NCBI GenBank assembly: GCA_944383355.1
Contig: CALWPF010000005.1
Span: 4,124-68,123, forward strand
DNA from: an uncultured Clostridia bacterium
Lineage (GTDB): Bacteria; Bacillota; Clostridia; Christensenellales; UBA1242
DNA length: 64,000 bases
Direction of reading: 5' to 3'
Shown here in pieces: positions 54,520 to 63,778 of this stretch. Position 1 is the first letter of the stretch. The number at the start of each line of letters is the position of its first letter. Position numbers and translations under genes: made by a program. A model generated the notes under the pieces. That model did no database searches. It was given only the letters and a program-made list of their open reading frames with translations, and was not told the DNA's origin.

Positions 54520-57500
54520 ATGAAGAGCATTTACAAGTACTATAGAGAGCGTTTAATAGAAATTAGTGGTAGGAACAGGAGTTTGTACGCAAAGAATGTC
54601 AGCAAAAAATATGCCTACGACCTTGGTAAAATATTCGATGGGGATTATGAGGCTATAAAGGAATTTGTTGATTTTTTGTGGACAGGTAAAAAAGATTCTT
54701 TTAGTGTCATTGATAGGCAGTATCGAGATAGGATAGCAAAAAACCTCGGTGTCGAGGATAAGATAAAGAAGAGTTTCAAAGACACTGCAGGAATGACTGC
54801 CGAGGAGGAAAAAGCGGAGCTTTCTCGTCGAGATAAATTGCGTAGAGATGAGTCGAAAAAGATTGTGCAGACTCAAGTAAATAATCTAAAAAACTTAAAG
54901 CGTGAGATAGAGGAGTTTGCCAAAGAAACTGGTCGTTATGAGCTGTATGTTGGTTATCCATTTGTTGAGGGCTCAATTAAACGTGAGTTGCTAATAAAAG
55001 CACCCCTGTTACTTTTCCCTGTAGTTATTAATATAGAGAATGAGAATAGTGTACAGATTGAATTAAAGCCAGGCGAATCCATACAATTGAATAAGGTTTT
55101 TGTTTTAGCTTATGCAAAGGCACATAATCTAAATTTAGAGGATATGGTGCTAGAGTTTGACAATTTGCTTGACTACAAGTTAAAGAGTATTGAGGATGTG
55201 GTGGCGTATTTGCGTAACCATGGATTTAGTATTGGTTACTCAAATCGTAAGGGAATGTTTGATTACAATAGGGGTAGAGAGCCGCAATTGGGCGATAGCC
55301 TCGAGGTAAAGCATTTGTGTGTGGTTGGTAGATTTCCTTTAGCTAACAGTATATACAATGATTATGCTATGCTTGAGCGAAAGAAATTATCTTGTGAAGC
55401 TATAGATGAGTTGCTAGAGAGTAGGGCATGTAAGCCTGTCAAAAAACCCGATACCAGGATTTTTACAATTAATCCGCTAGATTATGCGCAGGAACACGCT
55501 ATAGAGAGTCTTAACCAAAATGGTAATATGGTATTGTATGGACCCCCAGGTACTGGTAAATCTCAAACAATTGTAAATATAATTACTGATGCACTTTGCA
55601 AAAACAAAAGAGTATTGGTAGTTTCTCAAAAAAAGGCAGCTCTAGATGTAGTATATAACAGGCTAGGCTTGTTAAATAATAGGGTAGTACTCATACCTGA
55701 TGCAGAAAAGAATAAGGTAGAATTTTATGAAAGAGTCAAGACGGCTCACTTTGATTTAATGGCTGACAAGCCTATTATAGATTACTCGGCGCAAATTGCT
55801 GATGTCCAACAAAAATTACAAAAAGAAATATCCAATCTTGAGACGATTAGTGATGTTTTGTTTACTGAGCGAGAGTATGGTCTGTGTTTACAACAGATGT
55901 ATGCAAATTCAGACATTATAGGCAAAAATAGTAATGATTACAAGATTTATCAAGCAATGCTTCAAGATAAAAAGCTGATGAGTTTAAAATATCAAGAATT
56001 GTCAGAGGCAGTGCGTATAATCAAGGAAAAACGTCAGGCTGATTTGTATTACAAGTTTATAGAAATGCAAAAAAACAATCCTTTGATTAGCCATATGCTA
56101 AATGACTTAGATGTTCATTTAGTTAATACAGCGCGCAACTTTGTAGCAAAATTGATAAATAAACGTATTGCACCATTTGATACAGGAAAGTATCCAAATG
56201 CTAGACAGTTATTGGCTTTTTACTTGGAAAATGGTATAGAGGAACAAAAAGAATTAAAGCCTCTCATTAAATTAATTGCCAAATTAGAGAATCCTCATCT
56301 CTACCAAAGTTTGAATGCTAGTAAAGTTCTATTCCCAGCGTATCCATTTGTAAAATACCAAGCAGTCAAAAAAGAAAAAGTTATTTATGAAAACTTTGAA
56401 AAAACTCTTAGTGCTGTAAAAGAGTATGTAAAAGAGTATGAGTTATTGAGTGAGGTGTTGGACAAAAAAGGCTATACCATGACGATAGATAATATCTTGA
56501 ATGGTAACACATTGTTTCTAAAATTATTGCTAAGTGCACTAGATGATTATGTTACTATTAGGGATATGAATATAGCCCTGACCCAATTAGGAGATAATGA
56601 GAGGCTCTTACTTAACTTTGCATACTCAAATTCAAATACCTTATCTGGTTTTAAGTATGTCATTGATCGATTGTTGACCATTCGTACATATCATGAAGTT
56701 GTCTATTTTGAGGATAATTACAAGCAGGAGTTGTCAAAAATCCAAGACTATGACAACATACGCAATAGGATAGTGTCACTTCAAAATGAGCAAAAGAAAC
56801 TAGTTAGAGCAATGTGTAGCCAAAAATTCGTACAAGAATATCGTGCACATTATGCAGAGGATAAAGAAAACAAGAATTATTTGTATCAGATTACTAAACA
56901 ACAGAATCTTTGGTCAATTCGTAGATTGATGGAGCATTATGGGGATTACTTGCTTGATTTATTTCCTTGTTGGCTTTTGTCTCCCGAGAATGTGTCAAAC
57001 ATTATGCCTTTGACAAAGGAGTTGTTTGATATCGTGCTTTTTGATGAGGCTTCGCAGGTCTTTATAGAAAACACTATACCGACAATATATCGTGGTAAAT
57101 ATATAGTGGTTGCTGGGGATAATAAGCAGTTGCGACCTAGTGCTACCTTCGTTAAAAGGTATTTGGGTAATGCTGATGACGACTTGGATTTATCTACACA
57201 AACAGCACTTGAGGTGGAGAGTTTGCTGGATTTAGCGACATCAAGGTATAACAGCACTAACTTGACCTATCATTATCGTAGTAAAAATGAGGAATTAATA
57301 AGTTTTTCAAATTACGCTTTTTATGATGGGAAATTACAAATTTCTCCAAATATTACAAAAAATGTTGGTGCAAAGCCGATTGAACGGATAAAGGTTAATG
57401 GCTTTTGGATAGATAGGCATAATGAAAAAGAGGCGAATGCAGTAGTAGAGACCATCAAAAAGATATTCAAGACTAGGAAAAACAATGAGACGATAGGGAT

Positions 57501-58338
57501 AATTACATTTAACGCAGAGCAGGAATTGTTTATAGAGGATAAGTTGGATCAAGAGTGCGAAAAGAATATAAAATTCCGTAACGAGTATTTGCGTGAGACT
57601 AATAGGAAGGATAACGGAGAAGATGTTAGTCTATTTATCAAAAATCTAGAAAATGTGCAAGGTGATGAGAGAGATATAATTATCTTTTGTATAGGATATG
57701 CTCGTAACGAGTATGGAAAAGTTGTGGCTCAGTTTGGTCCATTATCACTCGAGGGCGGAGAGAATAGATTGAATGTTGCTATTACTCGTGCCAAGTCAAA
57801 AATAATTGTCATTACCAGTATAGAACCAGAAGAGTTATTAGTAGACAATTCAAAAAATGCTGGTCCAAAGTTGTTAAAGAAATATTTGCAATATGTTCGT
57901 GCAGTATCAAAAGGTAATCAAAAAGAAACACAAATTATTTTGGATTCGCTCAAGCAAACTAGTATAATACCTTTTGCTGATACTGGTGTGGATAAAATGC
58001 AAATGTTGTTAAAGAGTGAGTTAGAAAAGTTGGGTTATGCAGTAGAGACTAATTTGGGTAATTCAAATTATAAACTTCCTCTAGCTATATATGATAAGAA
58101 ATTGGATAGATACTTGTTGGGAATTGAATTTGATTATAATGCTTATCTCAGTTCTTCATCGTGTCTAGAGCGTGATGTATATAGACCTGTTTTCTTGCAG
58201 TCACGAGGCTGGAATATCACTAGAGTGTGGAGTAGGGATTTGTGGCAACACAAGCAAAAAGTAATACAGTCAATAGAGCGTGACATTGAGAAAGCACGTG
58301 AAAAGATATACAAGTCCCTAAATTTGACTCTTGCATAA
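54520..58338 (+). CDS. DUF4011-type superfamily 1 (Upf1/DNA2-like) helicase fused to a C-terminal Vsr/DUF559-like (REase_MTES_1575-type) nuclease fold
   Basis: 1272 aa. The N-terminus has the IEISGRNRSLY block. It carries Walker A GPPGTGKSQT (nt ~55541), Walker B FDEASQ (nt ~57040), motifs YRSKNEELISFSN and NVAITRAKSK, and a C-terminal YKLPLAIYD...LLGIEFDYNAY...ERDVYR...L..RGWNITRVWS block. SD AAGGAG. Confidence 0.8.
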   Translation: MKSIYKYYRERLIEISGRNRSLYAKNVSKKYAYDLGKIFDGDYEAIKEFVDFLWTGKKDSFSVIDRQYRDRIAKNLGVEDKIKKSFKDTAGMTAEEEKAELSRRDKLRRDESKKIVQTQVNNLKNLKREIEEFAKETGRYELYVGYPFVEGSIKRELLIKAPLLLFPVVINIENENSVQIELKPGESIQLNKVFVLAYAKAHNLNLEDMVLEFDNLLDYKLKSIEDVVAYLRNHGFSIGYSNRKGMFDYNRGREPQLGDSLEVKHLCVVGRFPLANSIYNDYAMLERKKLSCEAIDELLESRACKPVKKPDTRIFTINPLDYAQEHAIESLNQNGNMVLYGPPGTGKSQTIVNIITDALCKNKRVLVVSQKKAALDVVYNRLGLLNNRVVLIPDAEKNKVEFYERVKTAHFDLMADKPIIDYSAQIADVQQKLQKEISNLETISDVLFTEREYGLCLQQMYANSDIIGKNSNDYKIYQAMLQDKKLMSLKYQELSEAVRIIKEKRQADLYYKFIEMQKNNPLISHMLNDLDVHLVNTARNFVAKLINKRIAPFDTGKYPNARQLLAFYLENGIEEQKELKPLIKLIAKLENPHLYQSLNASKVLFPAYPFVKYQAVKKEKVIYENFEKTLSAVKEYVKEYELLSEVLDKKGYTMTIDNILNGNTLFLKLLLSALDDYVTIRDMNIALTQLGDNERLLLNFAYSNSNTLSGFKYVIDRLLTIRTYHEVVYFEDNYKQELSKIQDYDNIRNRIVSLQNEQKKLVRAMCSQKFVQEYRAHYAEDKENKNYLYQITKQQNLWSIRRLMEHYGDYLLDLFPCWLLSPENVSNIMPLTKELFDIVLFDEASQVFIENTIPTIYRGKYIVVAGDNKQLRPSATFVKRYLGNADDDLDLSTQTALEVESLLDLATSRYNSTNLTYHYRSKNEELISFSNYAFYDGKLQISPNITKNVGAKPIERIKVNGFWIDRHNEKEANAVVETIKKIFKTRKNNETIGIITFNAEQELFIEDKLDQECEKNIKFRNEYLRETNRKDNGEDVSLFIKNLENVQGDERDIIIFCIGYARNEYGKVVAQFGPLSLEGGENRLNVAITRAKSKIIVITSIEPEELLVDNSKNAGPKLLKKYLQYVRAVSKGNQKETQIILDSLKQTSIIPFADTGVDKMQMLLKSELEKLGYAVETNLGNSNYKLPLAIYDKKLDRYLLGIEFDYNAYLSSSSCLERDVYRPVFLQSRGWNITRVWSRDLWQHKQKVIQSIERDIEKAREKIYKSLNLTLA

Positions 58339-58353
58339 TAGATCGTATACAAT

Positions 58354-58390
58354 AAAACTGTGTGTTTAATCAACACAGTTTTGTTTTGTT
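58354..58390 (+). terminator. Terminator after the helicase gene
   Basis: AAAACTGTGT gtttaatca ACACAGTTTT GTTTTGTT. Confidence 0.8.
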
Positions 58391-58547
58391 ATTTATTTTA
58401 GTTTTCGACAAGAGTATACTTAATGAGACACAATACATATATAATAAAAGTGTAACATTGTAAAAGATAATATGATTTGGTTGCTTTTTTTGTGGCTATA
58501 ATATAAAATTTAAATATTCATAAATTTTAATAATTGGAGATTAAGTA

Positions 58548-59372
58548 ATGATTAGATTAATAGTAGACTCTACATCTTATATTACAAAAGAGTATGCGGA
58601 GGCTAACAACATAACTATTTTACCGTTGACTATATCTTTGGCTGGTAAGGAATATTTGGATACCGATGTTGACAAAAACGATGAGTTTTTTGAATTGATG
58701 CGAGAGACCGGGGAATATCCAAAGACTAGTCAACCTAATATGGATTTAATTATGCAAACATTCAAAGATGTTGTATCTGCGGGTGATGAGGCTATAGTTT
58801 TGACTATATCTCAGACCTTGAGTGGTACTAATAATGCTTGCTGTGTAGTCAAAAATGAAGTTGATACCACAGATTGTATCTCTATAGTAGATAGTGATAG
58901 TACTGGTCAAACTATGTTTTTGTACGCTATGGAAGTAGTAGAAATGATCAAAACAGGTCATAGTCGTGCGCAAATTTTAGATAGACTGGATCATCTCAAA
59001 AAGGAGAGTTATATAGAGTTTACTCCAGAATCTCTAATTTACTTAAAAATGGGGGGTAGGATAGGCAAAATTAATGCGTTGCTAGGTAGTTTGTTACAGA
59101 TAAAACCTATCTTGTGTTTTAAAAATGGTGTTTTGCAATGTGCAAAAAAAGCGATTGGTATGCGTAGAGCAATGGCAGATATGATAGAACGTATCCCTGC
59201 TAAAGTAAAGAAGATTTTCGTATTGCAGACTGCCAAAACAAATTTGTTTGAGGAGTTTAAACAAAAAATTAAACAATTATTCAAACAAGCACAAATATTT
59301 GAGGGGCAAATAGGGCCAGCGGTTGGGGCTCATGTTGGTCCAGCAATGGGTGTCGCTTGCTTAGTTGATTAG
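58548..59372 (+). CDS. DegV family fatty-acid-binding protein (FakB-type)
   Basis: It has IRLIVDSTSYI, PKTSQPN and the LSGT block. Length 274 aa. Confidence 0.9.
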   Translation: MIRLIVDSTSYITKEYAEANNITILPLTISLAGKEYLDTDVDKNDEFFELMRETGEYPKTSQPNMDLIMQTFKDVVSAGDEAIVLTISQTLSGTNNACCVVKNEVDTTDCISIVDSDSTGQTMFLYAMEVVEMIKTGHSRAQILDRLDHLKKESYIEFTPESLIYLKMGGRIGKINALLGSLLQIKPILCFKNGVLQCAKKAIGMRRAMADMIERIPAKVKKIFVLQTAKTNLFEEFKQKIKQLFKQAQIFEGQIGPAVGAHVGPAMGVACLVD

Positions 59373-59401
59373 GATACAAAATTAGGTTTTTGTGTTGTTA
59401 T

Positions 59402-59435
59402 AAAAAACCACGAAAAATTCGTGGTTTTTTATTTT
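59402..59435. terminator. Bidirectional terminator between the convergent degV genes
   Basis: AAAAAACCACGAA aaa TTCGTGGTTTTTT ATTTT. Confidence 0.85.
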
Positions 59436-59468
59436 AATACTTTATAAATATCGTCAAGTTAGTAAAAA

Positions 59469-60308
59469 TTACTTTATAAAGAACGCTACTCCGGTACAGC
59501 CGGGTCCTGCATGTGTACCAACAGTAGGTCCAAGTTCACATATTTCTTGAGGGCGAATTTTTGTTTTTTCCAAAAGTACTTTTTGTAAATCAAGCGCCAT
59601 ATTTTCGTTTGCTGAGTGACCTACATATTGTGGGCGAGAGTAGTCTACATCATAATTTTTATTTATCAAGTCAGCAATTGCAATATATCCTTTTTGTACA
59701 CCTACAACTTTTTTGCATATATCCAATTTACCATCGACCATTGTTAGTATTGGTTTGATAGATAGTGCATTAGCGACAAAACCTTTTGCACGAGACAGTC
59801 TACCCCCCATGATTAAGTATTTGAGGTCGCCAATTACTGCCAAGAGGATTACTTTTTCTCTTAATGCCAATAGTTCGTCTCTTAATTCAATTAGACTTTT
59901 CCCTTCTTTTATCAACTTGATGGCTTCGTTGACTAGTGCTTTATATGCAAACGTAACTAATCTACTATCCACCAATTCAATGTTTTGCATTCCCAATTCT
60001 TCTTTTGCTATTCTAGCGGAATTTATTGTTCCACTTAGCTCAGAAGATATCGTTAAAACTAATACATCTTCCTTATTTTTTTGTGCTAGTTTGTATTGCT
60101 CCAAAAATGTGCTCGTGTTGACTTGACTAGTACGAGGTAACTCTTTGGCCTGTGATAATTTTTGATAAAATTCTTGATTGTTTATTGTTACACCATCATA
60201 ATAGTCCTCATTATCAAAAGTTATAGTCATTGGTAATACTGTAACAAAATCCTCTTTTATTTCTGATTGTTTTAAATCGCAACTACTGTCTACAATTAAT
60301 CTAATCAT
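59469..60308 (-). CDS. DegV family fatty-acid-binding protein (FakB-type), in operon with MarR regulator
   Basis: It has IRLIVDSSCDL, PRTSQVN, the LSGT block and GTHAGPG. It overlaps the marR stop by 8 nt. Confidence 0.9.
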   Translation of the reverse strand: MIRLIVDSSCDLKQSEIKEDFVTVLPMTITFDNEDYYDGVTINNQEFYQKLSQAKELPRTSQVNTSTFLEQYKLAQKNKEDVLVLTISSELSGTINSARIAKEELGMQNIELVDSRLVTFAYKALVNEAIKLIKEGKSLIELRDELLALREKVILLAVIGDLKYLIMGGRLSRAKGFVANALSIKPILTMVDGKLDICKKVVGVQKGYIAIADLINKNYDVDYSRPQYVGHSANENMALDLQKVLLEKTKIRPQEICELGPTVGTHAGPGCTGVAFFIK

Positions 60309-60765
60309 TTATTTGTTCTCCTTTAATTTTAAAAAATTCTTGTATTTTATCTACTGTCCTAACCAAGAGGCTAAGTTCCTCATTGTTTAGTCCTCGCACA
60401 ACGGTTTCTGCCATTTGTAAATGGTAATTATTGTGTAAATTATTGATTTCTACTCCTTTTGGGGTTAGTGAAAGTTTAATTGAGCGTTTATCATTAGTGT
60501 CTCTTACCTTACTCACTAGTCCCTTTTGTATCAATTTACTTACTGCTGTTGTCAGTGTTCCAGCTGTGATGCCTAGACTTGTTGCTACATTTTGGGCTGA
60601 GTTTACTTTGGTATCTTGGCATTTTGCAATAGCTTCTAATACATGAATCTCTTTTAGTGATAGATCTTTACCTATAATTGCTTGTAAATTTTTTTCTTCA
60701 CTAAATAAAATTCTTTTAAATAACTTGACCAAAGTATCATTTATAATTTCTTTAGCGTTTTTCAT
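60301..60765 (-). CDS. MarR-family transcriptional regulator, FabT-like by context
   Basis: It has a winged-HTH region (AQNVATSLGITAGTLTTAVSKLIQKGLVSKVRDTNDKRSIKLSLTPKG). ATG 60765 follows GAGGGAG. I rejected the longer ORF to 60825 because the promoter lies inside it. Confidence 0.82.
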   Translation of the reverse strand: MKNAKEIINDTLVKLFKRILFSEEKNLQAIIGKDLSLKEIHVLEAIAKCQDTKVNSAQNVATSLGITAGTLTTAVSKLIQKGLVSKVRDTNDKRSIKLSLTPKGVEINNLHNNYHLQMAETVVRGLNNEELSLLVRTVDKIQEFFKIKGEQIND

Positions 60766-60791
60766 ATACTCCCTCTTTTTGTACATAGATA

Positions 60792-60806
60792 GTTTGATAT
60801 TCAAAC
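60792..60806. promoter_or_regulatory. Perfect palindrome GTTTGA-TAT-TCAAAC just downstream of the marR -10 (candidate MarR/FabT operator)
   Basis: Read directly. It sits at about +3 to +17 relative to the predicted TSS. Confidence 0.55.
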
Positions 60807-60815
60807 GATTTTTAT

Positions 60816-60844
60816 ATTTTATCATACTATGATTAACTTGTCAA
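60816..60844 (-). promoter_or_regulatory. Sigma-A promoter of marR-degV (TTGACA-17-TAAAAT, minus strand)
   Basis: The reverse complement reads TTGACA agttaatcatagtatga TAAAAT. Confidence 0.6.
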
Positions 60845-61000
60845 AAGAATGTAGGGGATAGTTTTAATTTTTAATTATTTTTTGCAATAAAAAGTATTAT
60901 GCTTTATTTGCTTGACTTTTAGCAATATAAAATTTAACATTAGTCTATTAAGTCTATTTATAAAGTATGACAGTTTACTAAATATTAATATACATTTTAG

Positions 61001-62992
61001 ATGAGGTCGAGTGAGAGAATGGGGGAGTGGCAGGCTAGTACTAGTATCAAAGTTGTGACAATTTGTGTTGTTGCATTTACACTGTTGTTTGCTGGTTTTA
61101 TAGTTTCAGGATTTTCTATTTTTGGACTAGGTGATAATTTGACTGTCAAGACAGTTGCGCAACATGCTGTATCACCCGAGGCAGTTGAGTTGGATATCAA
61201 TATACCATCAAATGATTGGCTTTCGGTATTTGGTTTTGATGATGCTAGTGTAGATGCTGCAACATTAGTAGATGATATTATGAGTCAGTACGCAACTGGT
61301 GGTAATTATGATACTGGACCATTTGAGATTAGAGACGAGAAAGATTTGGTATCTTTAGCATGGCTATCGCATTTCGGTGGGGAATATTGGAGTGACTTAG
61401 GTTCCAAACATTTTGTTTTGGTTAATGATTTGCAATTATCTGGATATAACTGGTCTATCTCTATACAAAATTTTTCTGGTGTATTTGATGGTAACAGCAA
61501 AGTTATTGATGGCTTGACAATTTGGGATAATACATCAACAGATGTTGGTTTGTTTACTGACATGAGAGGATGTGCTTTTTTTGATACAGCTAAGGGTGAA
61601 TTCGTGTTTAGTAGTGCAAGGATAATTGATCTAACGTTACAAAATGTTAGTATTTTTGCGTCAGCGCAAAATGTATCTTGTTCAATGCTAGTTGGTGGTA
61701 CTATGGCTAATGCGGAAATCATACATTGCTCTGTATCTGGCAAGGTGGTTGCCATGAATGCTGATTGCCTAGGTGGCATAGTAGCTAGTGTTGGTAGCCT
61801 TACTGATAGTAATTATCTTAGTGTAGATGGTGAACAAATAACAATTTGTAATGAAGAGATTAAAATTAGTAATTGTTCAACTAATGTAGATTTGATTTGT
61901 GATGGTGGAAATGTTGGTGGCATTTTGGGGTGTACTGATATTAATCATGATAGATCTGTATCTATCGAAATCACAGACTGTACTGTTACAGGTGCGATAT
62001 ACAGTAAAACAGTAAAAAATAATCAAACCGATACAGGTTTTACAAAGGTGACTTTAGCTAACAATAATTCTGGAGATTATTACTATTTTGGTGGAGTCGC
62101 TGGTTATGTTGGTAGCAATGGGGATATTACCATAAGCAACTGTTGTAGTACTATGGATATTTGGGCTGACAATTGTGTTGGTGGAATTGTAGGAATGATG
62201 GAAAATTGTAGTACTTTGGCTGTTGATTCATTTGTGAAGGACTGTACGGTGGTTGGACATATAAATGGTACGAGTGGCGTTGGAGGTTTGGTGGGTACTC
62301 TAAACCACGCCTCTATCATCAATTGTGATAATTATCGTTTGGAGGCTACTGGTATAATAATCTCCAGCGAAATTAGTAGCATCTATGGTGAGTGTGCAGG
62401 ATATGTTGCCAAGGTTACTAATGATTACACCAACAATTTTGGTAAAAATGGGGTAGTTGTTGACAATCTCATTAATTATGCAAAGGTGAGTAGCTTGGCT
62501 GTTCAAGATGTAAAATTGGCTGGTATAGTTGCTACTGCGACAAAAAACATTACCATATCGTATTGTACCAATTATGGTGATCTGACAGTTGCAGAGGACA
62601 AAACTGTTTCTATATTGTTTGCCGGTATATTGAGTAGTGGCGCTGGTGGCGTGGAGATAGAAAATTCAAATAACTATGCAAATATTACTGGTAATGGAAT
62701 AGTTGCGGGAATAATAGCAAATGTGAATGACTACTTTGCGTTAAAAAATTGTGTAAACTATGGAGATATACAATCAAGTGCCTTGGACAATAATGTTAAC
62801 TCAGGTATTGCTAGTGGCATAATAGCACACAAAGATTATATTTGCGATGATTGTAATAGTGTTATTTCTCAATGTATAAATGAGGGTACAATACTGGGAG
62901 ATAATAGCGCCTTTGGTATCGTCGATTCACAATATACTGTTTGTGTAACTGAAATAGATTGTATAGATAATGGTAGTGCAGTAATAAATTAA
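61001..62992 (+). CDS. Signal-anchored surface protein built of degenerate GLUG-like (G-G-[IVL]-[VA]-G) beta-helix repeats, Cys-rich
   Basis: It has an N-terminal TM (VVTICVVAFTLLFAGFIVSGFSIFG). At least 10 recurrences of GGIVA/GGILG/GGVAG/GGIVG/GGLVG/AGIVA/AGILS/AGIIA/SGIIA occur at ~25-40 aa spacing, each near NC/DC/YC. An alternative start is ATG 61019. Confidence 0.6.
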   Translation: MRSSERMGEWQASTSIKVVTICVVAFTLLFAGFIVSGFSIFGLGDNLTVKTVAQHAVSPEAVELDINIPSNDWLSVFGFDDASVDAATLVDDIMSQYATGGNYDTGPFEIRDEKDLVSLAWLSHFGGEYWSDLGSKHFVLVNDLQLSGYNWSISIQNFSGVFDGNSKVIDGLTIWDNTSTDVGLFTDMRGCAFFDTAKGEFVFSSARIIDLTLQNVSIFASAQNVSCSMLVGGTMANAEIIHCSVSGKVVAMNADCLGGIVASVGSLTDSNYLSVDGEQITICNEEIKISNCSTNVDLICDGGNVGGILGCTDINHDRSVSIEITDCTVTGAIYSKTVKNNQTDTGFTKVTLANNNSGDYYYFGGVAGYVGSNGDITISNCCSTMDIWADNCVGGIVGMMENCSTLAVDSFVKDCTVVGHINGTSGVGGLVGTLNHASIINCDNYRLEATGIIISSEISSIYGECAGYVAKVTNDYTNNFGKNGVVVDNLINYAKVSSLAVQDVKLAGIVATATKNITISYCTNYGDLTVAEDKTVSILFAGILSSGAGGVEIENSNNYANITGNGIVAGIIANVNDYFALKNCVNYGDIQSSALDNNVNSGIASGIIAHKDYICDDCNSVISQCINEGTILGDNSAFGIVDSQYTVCVTEIDCIDNGSAVIN

Positions 62993-63025
62993 TATGTTTG
63001 ATTTAGTTGGAGAAAGAATTTTAGT

Positions 63026-63727
63026 ATGAAGAGTTATTGTATTTTTAGTGATGTGCATGGGAATATAGACGTATTAAATAAATTAATAGAGACAGATGAT
63101 TTCAAAAAAGCAAACAAAAGGATATTTTTAGGAGATGCTGTAGGTTGCTGTCCATTTTTTAATGAAACGCTCCAAGCTCTATATGATAATAAATGTATTG
63201 TTTTGTTGGGTAATCATGATGTCCGAGCTGTTTTTAATCGTTTTGATAAGACAAAGGTAGGCAATAGAGACGAGGAGCCACATTTCTCCTACATCCGCTC
63301 ACATATGTTGCCAGAGTACAAAGAAAAGCTAAAAGAAGCACCACATGAATATGTGATGAAAATAAACAAAAAAACATTTTACTTTACTCATTATATATGG
63401 AGGACAAAGTATTACATCGCAGATAGGGTAAAGCCTATTATTAGGAAGAATGTAAATGAAAAATTTGCTGGTATAGATGCGGATTATATTTTTTATGGCC
63501 ACGAACACAAGCAATCATTTTTTCAATGTGGAGACAAAACTCTTGTTGGCGTTGGCTCGCTTGGAATGAAATGCCCAGGGCACTATGTTATGTTACAGAT
63601 AGATGATGATGGAAAAGTAAAAATAGTCTGCAAACAAATCAAATATGACCTAAGGAAACTACGTAGGGAAATTAGACAGAGTGAATTACCACAAGCAAAG
63701 GAGATAACTGACGAGTTTAATTTTTAA
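63026..63727 (+). CDS. Calcineurin-like metallophosphoesterase (YfcE/MPP family)
   Basis: It has SDVHGN, GDAVG, GNHD and GHEH. SD GGAGAAAG. Confidence 0.85.
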   Translation: MKSYCIFSDVHGNIDVLNKLIETDDFKKANKRIFLGDAVGCCPFFNETLQALYDNKCIVLLGNHDVRAVFNRFDKTKVGNRDEEPHFSYIRSHMLPEYKEKLKEAPHEYVMKINKKTFYFTHYIWRTKYYIADRVKPIIRKNVNEKFAGIDADYIFYGHEHKQSFFQCGDKTLVGVGSLGMKCPGHYVMLQIDDDGKVKIVCKQIKYDLRKLRREIRQSELPQAKEITDEFNF

Positions 63728-63743
63728 GATATTTCAATAATTA

Positions 63744-63778
63744 AAAAGTGCATAGTCTGATTGGTATTATGCACTTTT
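63744..63778. repeat. Degenerate split copy of the recurrent motif: AAAAGTGCATA (13 nt) TATGCACTTTT, terminator-like
   Basis: It has 11-bp arms with A/T tracts. It lies between convergent genes and overlaps the stop of the minus-strand ORF. Confidence 0.7.
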
